The translations under genes were made by a program, and so were the position numbers. From contig CAWCBP010000001.1 in assembly GCA_963793865.1 (NCBI GenBank), positions 480,001-544,000 on the forward strand: DNA of 64,000 nt, read 5' to 3'. This document shows, in pieces, positions 32,734 to 42,380 of this stretch. The number at the start of each line of letters is the position of its first letter. The stretch's first letter is position 1. The notes under the pieces were generated by a model. The model was not told the origin of the DNA. It was given only the letters and a program-made list of their open reading frames with translations, and made no database searches. Source of the stretch: an uncultured delta proteobacterium. GTDB lineage: Bacteria; Desulfobacterota; WTBG01.

Positions 32734-33015
32734 TTGGAATCGACTGCGGGATTTCAGAAAAAGATGATCAGCTGCTCGTTGCTTGATCAGGGCCGGGGCA
32801 TGCCATTTCGGCCGGGAGACGCGCGGGAGTGGACGCCGGAGTGGGACAAGGACAAGTGCATCCGCTGCGGGCTCTGTTTTGTGTACTGTCCCGACGGCGC
32901 GGTGTTCCGCAATCAGGAGGGTTATTTTGAAGCTGATACCGACAAGTGCAAGGGCTGCGGCATATGCCACCGGGAATGCTGGTTCGGGGCCATCAGCATG
33001 TTCAAGGAGGAATGA
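32734..33015 (+). CDS. 2-oxoacid:ferredoxin oxidoreductase delta-like ferredoxin (PorD-like)
   Basis: DKCIRCGLCFVYCPDGA and KCKGCGICHREC..AISMFKEE, typical of PorD. Confidence 0.8.
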   Translation: MESTAGFQKKMISCSLLDQGRGMPFRPGDAREWTPEWDKDKCIRCGLCFVYCPDGAVFRNQEGYFEADTDKCKGCGICHRECWFGAISMFKEE

Positions 33016-33017
33016 CA

Positions 33018-33743
33018 ATGGATAAGTACAGTCTCTATGTTTCTAATTTCCTGCCTTGCAAGGAATACTTCAGCCCTGAGCTGAACCAGGCATGCCCGGG
33101 CTGCGGGCTGGCGCTGGCCATCCGCCAGACATACAAGGCCCTGGGCATGAGCATTGAAAAGGGGGCCTGGGCGTCAGCAGAGCATGGAAAGGCCGGCGCT
33201 GCCGGTTCCGGGCTCTTTGGAACGGGCGCAACCGATGTCACCTTTTTGACCATTCCCAAGGCCCGGGGGAAGCTGGTGATCTGCTGCGATAACGAAGCGG
33301 GCGGATCTCTCGCCGACCTGCTTGAGAAACCCATGCCCCAGCTCGCCGCGTCACAGGGTTTCAGCTATGTGGCCACGGCCTGTCCCAGCTATCCCTTTGA
33401 CCTGTACGACAAGATGAAGCGGGCCTTCAAAAGCACTGCCGACGCCTATGTGCACGTGCTCTGTCCCTGCCCGCCGGGCTGGAAGTTTGACGCGGATTTC
33501 ACGGTGAAACTGGGGCGGCTGGCGGTGGAAAGCCGGGCATTCCCCCTGTATGAAGCGGGCGCGGGCGCGTACGGCCTCACGGTGAAGACGGGGAAGCCCA
33601 GGCCGCTTGCCGACTATCTCAAGGCGCAGGGGCGGTTTGAAAAGCTGAGCGAGGGGGAAATGGCCGAGGCGCAGGCATCGGTTGACCGTGCGTATAAACA
33701 TCTGGAAGGCATGATACAGCAGTATCTCGACGCGGTTGCGTAA
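33018..33743 (+). CDS. Degenerate PorB-like protein lacking the TPP-binding GDG motif
   Basis: ACPGCG, DNEA, YVATA, LCPCPPGW, AVES..FPLYE and YLKAQGRF are present. The GDG segment is absent. Confidence 0.72.
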   Translation: MDKYSLYVSNFLPCKEYFSPELNQACPGCGLALAIRQTYKALGMSIEKGAWASAEHGKAGAAGSGLFGTGATDVTFLTIPKARGKLVICCDNEAGGSLADLLEKPMPQLAASQGFSYVATACPSYPFDLYDKMKRAFKSTADAYVHVLCPCPPGWKFDADFTVKLGRLAVESRAFPLYEAGAGAYGLTVKTGKPRPLADYLKAQGRFEKLSEGEMAEAQASVDRAYKHLEGMIQQYLDAVA

Positions 33744-33786
33744 GATGAGTGTCCCGGCTTCGGGATATCGTTGAAAGGAGCAGGTA

Positions 33787-34536
33787 ATGTCTAAGAGTAC
33801 GAGGATGAAACCAGGCGCAAAGAAGAGCTCACAAAAAAAGGCTTCGTCTCCTGCGACTGCTCAAGCGCCCCAGGCTGCGGCCCCGGGCTCATGGGCGGGC
33901 AGCAGCAAGGCCATGTTTGAGCTCATGATCAAGGAGGTGCCGGAATCGCTGCAGGATGTGTTCCGGGTGAAACTGATGGATATACTCGGGCAGAAGGCGA
34001 AGGGCGGTGCCTACCAGGAAGCCCAGGTTGTGGAGATCGTCAATGAAATCGTGCCCGAGCCGTTCAAGTCCAACATCCTCAAGGGTTTCGCCACCATGGG
34101 GGGTGTTGACATAAGCCTGGTTGAAGGCATCGTGGCTTCATATCCCGGCGGCCAGGAATCCGTCCCCGCCATACTTCACGCCCTGAAGGCCAAGTTCGGC
34201 CATGTGCCGGAAGAGGCGCTGCGGGTGGTGAGCCAGAAGAAAAATGTGTTCATGAGCACCCTCTACCGGCTGGTGACCTCATTCACGGCGTTCCCAACCG
34301 ATTTGCCCAGGAAATACACGGTGAGCGTCTGTGACGGCACGGGGTGCCACCTCAAGGGCAGCGCTTCAATGCTGAAAAAGCTTGAGGAGAAAGCGGCCTC
34401 GCCGGACGCGGACATTAACTTGGAAAAGGTGAGATGCCTGGGCTGCTGCGACCTTTCGCCCGCGGTGCTGGTGAACGGTGAAATGTACAGCGGTGATGAT
34501 GCCCATGCCAAGATTTCAGAAATGTTAGGTGAATGA
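33787..34536 (+). CDS. NuoE/HydC-like [2Fe-2S] subunit with extra N-terminal helical domain
   Basis: VCDGTGCHLKG...CLGCCDLSP thioredoxin-like 2Fe-2S motif. Confidence 0.82.
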   Translation: MSKSTRMKPGAKKSSQKKASSPATAQAPQAAAPGSWAGSSKAMFELMIKEVPESLQDVFRVKLMDILGQKAKGGAYQEAQVVEIVNEIVPEPFKSNILKGFATMGGVDISLVEGIVASYPGGQESVPAILHALKAKFGHVPEEALRVVSQKKNVFMSTLYRLVTSFTAFPTDLPRKYTVSVCDGTGCHLKGSASMLKKLEEKAASPDADINLEKVRCLGCCDLSPAVLVNGEMYSGDDAHAKISEMLGE

Positions 34537-34549
34537 TAAAGGGGAGTCT

Positions 34550-36260
34550 ATGAAACAGGATAAACCGCTTGACCTGAACGCGATACAAAAGAAGGGGCTC
34601 AGCATGCTGGCGCCGGCGCGTGCCCGGATTACCGTCGGCATGGCAACCTGCGGATTGGCCAAGGGCGCGGGGAAGATTTTTGAAGCCCTGAAGTATGAGA
34701 TCAAGAAGCAGAAAGCCAAGGCTGACCTGGTGGTGGTGGGGTGCAACGGCCTTTGCTATGCCGAACCCATTGTTGAAGTGATCTGCCCGGGAAAGCCGCG
34801 CATCACCTATGGCCGGGTGAGCGTGGAACGGGTTCCTGACCTGGTGGCCTCGGTGGCAAAGGGAGGCGTGGTCAAGGATCTGGCCCTGATGAGGATGGAC
34901 CGGTTAACCGCGGAAGGCGGTGCATCGATCAAATATGCCGGGGCGAAGGTCCCCAAGGACGCGGCCGCGCTCAAAGAATGCGGGAAGCTTGATTTTTTCA
35001 AAAAGCAGATGAAGCTCATCAGCAAAAACGCCGGAACGGTCAGCCCGGAGCAGGTTGAGGAATACTGCGCGCTGGGCGGCTACCAGGCGCTGCTGAAAGC
35101 CGTTACCTCCATGAGCCCGGATGAGGTCATCAGGGAAGTAACCGTGTCCAAGCTCCGCGGCCGGGGCGGCGCCGGATTCCCGGCGGGCATTAAGCTGCAG
35201 GCATGCCGTCAGGCGGCCGGGGATGCCAAGTACATTGTCGCCAACGGCAGCGAAGGCGATCCCGAAATCGGCATGCACCGGAGCTTTCTGGAATCGGATC
35301 CCCACGCGGTCATAGAGGGGATGGCCATCGCCGGCTACGCGGTGGGTGCATCGGAAGGCTACATTTATTTGAATGACCGGTACCAGGTGGCCCACGAGCG
35401 GCTCACCCGGGCCATCGAGGGGGCGGAAGCCCTGGGACTTATCGGGAGCAATATAGCGGGTTCGGGATTTTCTTTCTCCCTGCGGGTGAAGCGGGGAGGA
35501 GGCGCGTACGTGTGCGGCGAGGAAACGGCGCTGCTCAACGCGCTGGAAGGCTCGTTCGGCGAGCCGAGACCGCGGCCCCCGTATCCCGCGGAGAGCGGGC
35601 TTTTCAACAAGCCCACCGTGGTCAACAATCTCGAGACCCTGGCAACCATTCCCGCCATTATCGCCGGGGGCGGGGAAGCGGTACGCGGGCATCGGCACGC
35701 CGGGCAGCACCGGCACGAAAATCGTGGCCCTGTCCGGGCATGTGGCCAGGAGCTGCTGGGTGGAGGTCCCGCTGGGCATGGAGATCGGGGAGATCATTGA
35801 AACCTTCGGCGGCGGCGCCGCCAACGGAAAGAAGATAAAAGGTTTCCAGGCGGGAGGCCCGTCAGGCGGCATTCTGCCGGCCAAACTGCTGAAGATCAAG
35901 CTTGACTACGATCGCCTGGCCAAGGAAGGAAGCCTGCTGGGTTCGGGCGGGCTGGTGGTCATGGATGAGGATACTGACCTGCTGGAGATGGCAAAATTTT
36001 TCACCGACTTTTTTGCCGACGAGTCCTGTGGAAAGTGCAGCATCTGCAGGGAAGGCACCAAGCGGCTCCAGCAGATCATCACTGATGTGATGGAAGGGCA
36101 GGGAACAAGCGAGCACATCGCCCTGGTCAAGCGCCTGGCATCAGCACTGTCGGATACCGGCGCCTGCGCCCTGGGCAAAACCGCAGCGGTGCCCTTTATA
36201 TCGGTGCTCAACCATTTCCCGCAGGTGATCGAAGGCAAACTGCTCAGGAAGAAAGCGTAA
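34550..36260 (+). CDS. NuoF/HydB-like FMN/NADH-binding subunit (frameshift near 35680)
   Basis: N-terminal TCG...GCNGLCYAEP, LRGRGGAGFP, AYVCGEETAL, GGPSGG and ESCGKCSICREG...CALG. Confidence 0.88.
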
Positions 36261-36300
36261 GGTCATAAACGGCGTAGCGATACGAGAGAGGATGATATTT

Positions 36301-37239
36301 ATGGTGAGCTTAAAGATAAATGGAAGGAAGATAAAGGCAGCGGAGGGCATGACCATCCTTCAGGCGGCGCGGGTCAATGACATTGAGATACCCACGCTGT
36401 GTTCGAATGACGCGCTCAAGCCCTATGGCGCCTGCCGCCTCTGCGTGGTGGAGATCGGGAAAAACGGGAGGGTGACGGTGGACACATCCTGCACCTACCC
36501 GGTGAGCGACGGGCTGGAGGTGCAAACCAACACCCCCCGCATCAGGGAAGCGCGCAAGATGATTCTCGAGCTCCATCTGGCGCGCTGCCCCAACGTGCAG
36601 ATTGTCCAGGAGCTGGCCGCGGAGTACGGGGTGACCGAAAGCGCCCAGCAGATGGGAAAGGATAATGAGTACTGCATACTCTGCGGGCTGTGCGTCCGCG
36701 CCTGCAACGACGTGGTCAAGGCGGGCGCCATCCAGTTTGCGGGACGCGGCCCGGGCAAGATGGTGGACTCGCCCTTCAGCAAGACCGCGGATGACTGCAT
36801 TGCCTGCGGCTCATGCGCCTTTATCTGTCCCACCGGCATCATCAAGAAAAATGACCTGTTTTCCACCGCGCTCTGCACGCCGGACGGATGCGATCAAACC
36901 GGCCCGCAGCGCGAGATCCTGAACTGGAAGGTGGAGCACAAACTGAAGTGCTGCAAAAAGTGCGGCAATCCCTACGCGCCGGAGCCGCATCTGGAAAAGG
37001 TGAAGCGGGAAAAGAATCTGCCCAATGAATTTTTTGACATCTGCCCCTCGTGCCGGCAGTATCCGGTGGTTGACCCGGACAAGTGCCTGGGCTGCGGCGG
37101 CTGCATGGAGAACTGCCCCTGCGGCGCGCTGGAGCTCGAGGACAAGGGCGGTTATGATAAAAAGGCGCAGCTCTATCCGCAGAACTGCACCGCCTGCCAC
37201 AGCTGCGAGCTCATCTGTCCCATGCAGGCCATCAGCTAG
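36301..37239 (+). CDS. NuoG/HydA-N-terminus-like polyferredoxin without catalytic domain
   Basis: IPTLC...GACRLC...C (2Fe-2S), CILCGLCVRAC, CIACGSCAFICP, CKKC...CPSC and two further CxxCxxCxxxCP motifs. Confidence 0.82.
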   Translation: MVSLKINGRKIKAAEGMTILQAARVNDIEIPTLCSNDALKPYGACRLCVVEIGKNGRVTVDTSCTYPVSDGLEVQTNTPRIREARKMILELHLARCPNVQIVQELAAEYGVTESAQQMGKDNEYCILCGLCVRACNDVVKAGAIQFAGRGPGKMVDSPFSKTADDCIACGSCAFICPTGIIKKNDLFSTALCTPDGCDQTGPQREILNWKVEHKLKCCKKCGNPYAPEPHLEKVKREKNLPNEFFDICPSCRQYPVVDPDKCLGCGGCMENCPCGALELEDKGGYDKKAQLYPQNCTACHSCELICPMQAIS

Positions 37240-37288
37240 AGAGTTGCCCCAATTCTGAATGACTATGTAAGCATCCAAGGAGGAAGTA

Positions 37289-38587
37289 ATGACGGTTTAC
37301 GATCTTGCCATTGTGGGCGCCGGTCCCGGAGGTGTGCATGCTGCCAAGTGGGCGGCCAAGAAGGGGCTCAAGACGATTCTCATTGAGAAGCGCAAAGACA
37401 TCTCCAAAATCACCCGTTACTGCAGCGAGCATTTGATACTCGATGAAGGCTATAACGGGGATACGGTTTTGGTGGATCCTAAAAAAGGCACCATCACCTC
37501 GACGGCGAACGGGTGGGTGGTTGACTATAAAGGCGGTTTGTTCCCCTGCATTGATAAATGGTACTACTCTCCCAAGGGCAGGGCCATCCACTTCGCCTGG
37601 CCTGACCGGCGGCCGTATGCCTACAAGTACGACAAGGGCTTTCTGCTGGGGAGCCTGCTCGAGGAATGCCTGGCGCTGGGGGTCACCTTCCAAAATGAAA
37701 CCAGCGGCTATGACGCGGTCGACAGCGCCCAGGGGGTCGAGATCAAGTGCGTGAGCAGGGGAAAGAAGGAGAAGGTGAAGGCGAAAAAGCTCATCATCGC
37801 CGACGGGTGCAACACCCGCCTGGGGCAGGCAATGGGTTTCAACGCCAGCCGCGGTTACATGGGCTTTGCCCTGTGCATGGCCAGCTACATGTCCGGCGTG
37901 AAGAAATACAACCCTGAAGAATGGGTGCTCTGGTACGGCAGGTGCTACGGCTCAAATCTCGCCCCCATCATCGGCACCGGGCCGGCCGGCCATTTTGAGG
38001 ACTGGGCGGATGTGATCAACCTCGGCAGCCCCCGGGACCTGCCGGTGGAGGCATTTGGCCGGTTCACCAAAAACAGTCCCATAGCCGACCGGTTTGCAAA
38101 CGCCAAGGTTGAAGAGCGGTACTGCTGTTCGGTCAAGGCCTTTACCCCCATTGCCCGTCCCTATAAAAGTAATACTATAATTATAGGAGATTCTGCCGCG
38201 TTTGTTGAAGTGCAGGGTCAGGGGGCTCTGAGCTGCGGTTATAAGGCCGCGGAGGCGGTTGCCAGGGAACTCAAGGGTGAAAAGGGGTTCGAGGAATACG
38301 CCGACTGGTGGCTTAAATCGTTTGAGTTCAATGACAAGGGGATGATGCAGGTGCAGCAGGGATATGCCTTTGTGCCCACCTATACCGATGACGAGCTTGA
38401 CTACCTTTTCGGCCTGTGTGAGGACGTGCTCCTGGACGGGAGCTTCAGCCAGTACAAGTCATCCCGGATGATATGGGACGCAATCCTGCGCGACCCGAAG
38501 AAAATTGAGCGGGAACACCCCGCCACCTATGCAAAAATCAAGAGCGTCCGCAGCAGCACCCTTGAAAGCAGCCTCAAGGACGGCTAA
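37289..38587 (+). CDS. Geranylgeranyl-reductase/FixC-family FAD oxidoreductase
   Basis: GAGPGG, conserved Cys after the IEK motif (TRYCSE), IIADG and IIGDSA. Confidence 0.75.
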   Translation: MTVYDLAIVGAGPGGVHAAKWAAKKGLKTILIEKRKDISKITRYCSEHLILDEGYNGDTVLVDPKKGTITSTANGWVVDYKGGLFPCIDKWYYSPKGRAIHFAWPDRRPYAYKYDKGFLLGSLLEECLALGVTFQNETSGYDAVDSAQGVEIKCVSRGKKEKVKAKKLIIADGCNTRLGQAMGFNASRGYMGFALCMASYMSGVKKYNPEEWVLWYGRCYGSNLAPIIGTGPAGHFEDWADVINLGSPRDLPVEAFGRFTKNSPIADRFANAKVEERYCCSVKAFTPIARPYKSNTIIIGDSAAFVEVQGQGALSCGYKAAEAVARELKGEKGFEEYADWWLKSFEFNDKGMMQVQQGYAFVPTYTDDELDYLFGLCEDVLLDGSFSQYKSSRMIWDAILRDPKKIEREHPATYAKIKSVRSSTLESSLKDG

Positions 38588-38612
38588 GACGCGGGCGTTT
38601 GCTGAATCAAAC

Positions 38613-38642
38613 AAAAGCCGGGGATTTGCTTCCCCGGCTTTT
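38613..38642. terminator. Bidirectional rho-independent terminator
   Basis: AAAAGCCGGGGA-TTTGCT-TCCCCGGCTTTT between convergent genes. Confidence 0.8.
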
Positions 38643-38662
38643 GTTCTTTCTTATGCCGTCCT

Positions 38663-39844
38663 CTAGAAGCGGTACATCACGGTGGGGGCGATGGCGAAAA
38701 GACCGGAAAAATTTGATCCCATGTCCAGCACCAGCTGAAATGACGGCGACAGTTCGATGTTGGTTCCAATGTGCGTGCTCCACGGTTTCGAGGTCTTCTC
38801 CCGCACCCTGAACTTGACCGTACCCAAAACCGGAACGCGGGGGTCCCCCTTTATGGTGTTGGTGGTATCCCAGTAGGTTTCCCCCAGCCAGAGGTTGAGC
38901 TTACAGTCAGCCGCCTGCGTTCTCCAGCCGAGGCGGACGGAGTTCAGCATCGCCTTCACATCAGGGCTCAGGCTGTTGCCCAGGGGAATATTTCCCTGCA
39001 GCGCGCTGATGGTGTAATTCCAATCGTATGAGGCAAAGAATTTTTTATATCCCCCGACGAGGGTGTAACCCACGCCGTAGGTGACGCCGGTCAGGTCAAT
39101 GTGTATGTCAAGATCCCGGGGGTGTTTGCCAAACCGCTTGCGCAGGCGATCGTAGGGGGCAAGGCCTACTGAAGCATCGGCATCCTCGCGGGTGTACCCG
39201 AACAGCCCATAGACGTTCAAAAAGGGGAACAGCCAGGCGTCAAGGCGCAGCGCCCAGTTCAGCTCCCTGCTCTTCACCTTGATGTCGGTCAGCCCGTCCA
39301 CGGCAATGGCCCGGCCCTTGATGGAAACCTGCGCGTCGCTCACGCTGATGTGCCGCCTGCCGTGATAGAAACTCGGCATTACTCCGAAGGCAAGGGGAAG
39401 GGTATGCCCCTTTGCTTCAGCCTCCTCTCCTAAAATCGGTAAAATCGTTTGCCATTTATGTGACGGGTTTGACCCCCCGGTGCCGGCGTCGTCAGCGGCA
39501 GCATCAGGTGCAGCGGCCTGCCGGTGCGCATCACCGTTCTCCGCGTTCTGTGCAATCATGCTGCTCAGCCGCAGCTGCAACGGGTCTGAAGTTTCTGTTT
39601 CGTCAAAGAGAGGAAGCCGTGAGTGCGGTTTAATAACGCCATTCTCCTGTAATGGCGTATCCTCGATTATTGCTGCATGATTGGACAGCACCGGTTCATT
39701 TTCTGCCGACACGATAAGAGGCCGGATGATAATCATGGATAAAATAAAAATGGCGCACCTGCACAGACTGCACAACGTCTCAAAGCGCGCGCCTGAATGA
39801 GTCCCGGATGTTTTTATCGGAGGGTATGGAAAGCACATTATCAT
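38663..39844 (-). CDS. Probable outer-membrane beta-barrel protein (start uncertain)
   Basis: Signal-like N-terminus, amphipathic strands (LRLDAWLFPFLNVYGLFG) and C-terminal YRF. Confidence 0.6.
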   Translation of the reverse strand: MIMCFPYPPIKTSGTHSGARFETLCSLCRCAIFILSMIIIRPLIVSAENEPVLSNHAAIIEDTPLQENGVIKPHSRLPLFDETETSDPLQLRLSSMIAQNAENGDAHRQAAAPDAAADDAGTGGSNPSHKWQTILPILGEEAEAKGHTLPLAFGVMPSFYHGRRHISVSDAQVSIKGRAIAVDGLTDIKVKSRELNWALRLDAWLFPFLNVYGLFGYTREDADASVGLAPYDRLRKRFGKHPRDLDIHIDLTGVTYGVGYTLVGGYKKFFASYDWNYTISALQGNIPLGNSLSPDVKAMLNSVRLGWRTQAADCKLNLWLGETYWDTTNTIKGDPRVPVLGTVKFRVREKTSKPWSTHIGTNIELSPSFQLVLDMGSNFSGLFAIAPTVMYRF

Positions 39845-40150
39845 ATCTATGGTCTGTTGCTATAATCAAACAGAAAGAAGAATTCGATTTACGGAAAGTT
39901 GTATTTATCGGTTGACAGAGGCTCAGGCGGATGATAGTTAATTTCGAACCATAGCGCAGCCCTTATGAATAAAGAAAGCGGATGTAAGATATGGTAGCAG
40001 AATCCGAATGGGCAGTCAAATTTTTATGGAACTATTGTAGTGAATGCCGTTGCATTTGAGGGGCCGGCCCCGGTCCGTTGCGTAACGGCAGCGTGAGGAA
40101 ATGAAGGCGAGGCCGGACAGGAATACCCACCGTGCGAGAGGAGTTTGGTT

Positions 40151-40918
40151 ATGGCAAAGGTAGCATGGAATGAGATGACTGCGTTCGCAAAAGTTATTGT
40201 GGAGGATTACAAGCTGTTTGAAGGACTGGAGCTGGTGCCGCTTGAGACCTACCAGGGCATGGACACCAGGCCGGCCTGGGAGTTTAAAACCCCCATGGCC
40301 ACCGGCTTCTACAAGCCGTACCTCATCAAGGGAAGCGACCGGATCGAGAAGATCACCATCGGGGAGCTGCATTACATGGGACGGGCCAAGTACTGCGCCC
40401 TGAACATGACCGCGAGCAACGATTACGACCTGCCCATCTATGCCTGCGAGTTTGACGAGACGGCGCCGCGGGTGGGCGTGACCATGGATTTAATGCCCAC
40501 GGTGGACATCGCCCGGCACGAGGAGTACCTGCAAAAATACTACCGGGAGATAGCGCCGCTGTGGCGGAAGTACCGAACCATACCCGGATTTACCCTTGAA
40601 GGCCGCTGTCTGGTGCAGAGAAGGTACGCGCCCTGGCCCTGGGCGCGCGAGTCGCTCTCTCCCTTCAGCCTTGACGGGCGGGTGGAGGAGAAGGAGGACC
40701 GGGTGAAGCTGATGGAGGCGGTGGTGGCCTATGCCCGGGTGTGGCTTAACCTGCTGAAGAAGGCGGAGCCCATCCGGGATGAGGGGTACCGGCAGGAGAT
40801 GCTGCGCAGAAAAAGCAAAACCCAGAAATATTACCGCGATCTTGACCCGGGCGGAGAGGTGATGAAAAAGATTTTCGGCGCGGAAAAAAGCCACCTCTTC
40901 GTGAGCCTTGTCTTTTAA
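40151..40918 (+). CDS. Ferredoxin-dependent bilin reductase / RCCR-like protein, copy A
   Basis: YDLPIYACEF, DLMPTVDIARHEEYLQKYY, RESLSP, YARVWL and YYRDLDPGGEVMKKIFG...VF follow the recalled FDBR/RCCR motif order. Confidence 0.68.
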   Translation: MAKVAWNEMTAFAKVIVEDYKLFEGLELVPLETYQGMDTRPAWEFKTPMATGFYKPYLIKGSDRIEKITIGELHYMGRAKYCALNMTASNDYDLPIYACEFDETAPRVGVTMDLMPTVDIARHEEYLQKYYREIAPLWRKYRTIPGFTLEGRCLVQRRYAPWPWARESLSPFSLDGRVEEKEDRVKLMEAVVAYARVWLNLLKKAEPIRDEGYRQEMLRRKSKTQKYYRDLDPGGEVMKKIFGAEKSHLFVSLVF

Positions 40919-40931
40919 AGGAGGTAGAGAA

Positions 40932-41660
40932 ATGGATGCAGGCGTAAAATGGACACCCTATCTGGAAAAAATGAAGGGATTGATTGATTCGCTGCAGCCC
41001 ACCGCGCTTCAGGAGTGGAAGGGGCAGAATCTTGCGCCCGCCCTGGAGTTTGCCAGGGGCCAAGCGCGGGGAGGGTTCAGCGCATACCGCGCTGACAAGC
41101 TGGAAAAAATAGGCATCGGCTCATTTGTCCATGCCGGCAACAGGCACTTTGCCTTCTGCAGCATCATGCCCGGGGAAGCCTATGACCTGCCCCTGTTTCT
41201 CTCGCGTCTCGATGAGGGGCCGGAGGAGGTCATTTTCCTGGTTGATATCATCCCCGCGGTGGACAGCCTGGTGGATGAGGAATACCGCAAGAAGTATATC
41301 GAGTCGGTGCAGCCCCTCTGGGACCGGTTTGCCGCCCTGCCCGGCATCTGTCCCGAGGAAAGCGATGTCATCCGCTCACTCGCCTCCATCATTTACACCG
41401 CGGCCCGGGTTCCCATCGAGAAGGAGGGGATGCGCCTGGCGGCCCTTGCCCCGCACACTGAATATCTCAAGAGCTACCTCGCGTTTCTTCCCGAGGCGGT
41501 GCCGGTTACCGATGAGGCGAAGAAAAAGGAGCTGGCGGCAAAACGCGCGGCGCTGCGCGCAACCCTGCGTGCCCATTTTTTCAAGGAAATGCTGCCGGGT
41601 CCGGCACGGGAAGAACTGGGTGATGGCATGATCGAACTGCTTAATGCTGTCTATTTTTAG
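40932..41660 (+). CDS. FDBR/RCCR-like protein, copy B (degenerate)
   Basis: Paralogous to copy A (EKIGIG, YDLPLF, DIIPAVD..DEEYRKKY) but lacks both acidic catalytic positions. Confidence 0.62.
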   Translation: MDAGVKWTPYLEKMKGLIDSLQPTALQEWKGQNLAPALEFARGQARGGFSAYRADKLEKIGIGSFVHAGNRHFAFCSIMPGEAYDLPLFLSRLDEGPEEVIFLVDIIPAVDSLVDEEYRKKYIESVQPLWDRFAALPGICPEESDVIRSLASIIYTAARVPIEKEGMRLAALAPHTEYLKSYLAFLPEAVPVTDEAKKKELAAKRAALRATLRAHFFKEMLPGPAREELGDGMIELLNAVYF

Positions 41661-41673
41661 GGAGGGATGAGAC

Positions 41674-42084
41674 ATGTCGGTTATGGAAATGCTTGCGGCA
41701 GGAGCCGATTTTACCAACGCGGATGAAACGGCGCAGGGGATGATGGCTGATTTCAGCGACCACAAGGTGGGCATGAAGCTTGACGCGGACGAGTTCACCC
41801 AGGTGGTAAAAGACGGCAAGCTCTATCTGGAGCAGGGGATCCGCGAGGACTGCCACGTGGTGCTGAAGCTGAAAACGGCCGATCTCTGCAGCGCCATCGA
41901 CAACACCTTCGATCTCATGGAAATCAAGGACAAGGGGGAGCTGTTGAAGGGCGATATGACCGATCCCAACGTTCCCGTCCACCTCATGGCCACCTTTCCC
42001 TTTTTCGATGCCATGGTCCGGCTGTATGAATCCGATCCCCGCTTTAAAAAAATGGTTGATGAGGTTAAGTCTACTTTGGGATGA
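41674..42084 (+). CDS. SCP2-like lipid/sterol-binding protein
   Basis: 136 aa, acidic. The VKDGKL..EQG...CHVVLKLK.ADL...ID pattern resembles the SCP2 fold. Confidence 0.45.
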   Translation: MSVMEMLAAGADFTNADETAQGMMADFSDHKVGMKLDADEFTQVVKDGKLYLEQGIREDCHVVLKLKTADLCSAIDNTFDLMEIKDKGELLKGDMTDPNVPVHLMATFPFFDAMVRLYESDPRFKKMVDEVKSTLG

Positions 42085-42096
42085 GGTGCCCTGCAT

Positions 42097-42303
42097 ATGG
42101 TGAAACATCTGGTCGATCTGGAAAAGTGCCGCGGCTGCGGGCAGTGCCTTGAGCAGTGCGGACTGGAACTGTGGGTTCTGGTGGAAACACCGGACGGAAA
42201 GAAAAAAGCCAAGGCAATCGAAGAGGCGGGCATGATCTGCCACTGCTGTCTTTCCTGCCAGGACGCCTGCCCGGAAAAAGCGATCACCATTCTTGACGAG
42301 TAA
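42097..42303 (+). CDS. Ferredoxin
   Basis: CRGCGQCLEQC and CHCCLSCQDACP. Confidence 0.85.
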   Translation: MVKHLVDLEKCRGCGQCLEQCGLELWVLVETPDGKKKAKAIEEAGMICHCCLSCQDACPEKAITILDE

Positions 42304-42380
42304 CGGGCCGGTGGCCGCTCATGAGCGTGTGAGCATCGGCGCAACCTGATTGTAATGATGAATGATGAGAAGGAGTAAAG

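Noticed and set aside
32734..33743. Functional pyruvate:ferredoxin oxidoreductase operon
   Set aside because: Alpha and gamma subunits are absent and the TPP motif is missing.
33787..37239. Respiratory complex I or [FeFe]-hydrogenase
   Set aside because: No nuoA-D or nuoH-N genes, and no H-cluster or molybdopterin domain in the third subunit.
39950..40145. Riboswitch in the leader of the RCCR-like genes
   Set aside because: Some pairing potential (TGCCGTT...AACGGCA) but no recognisable riboswitch consensus. An Rfam search would be needed.
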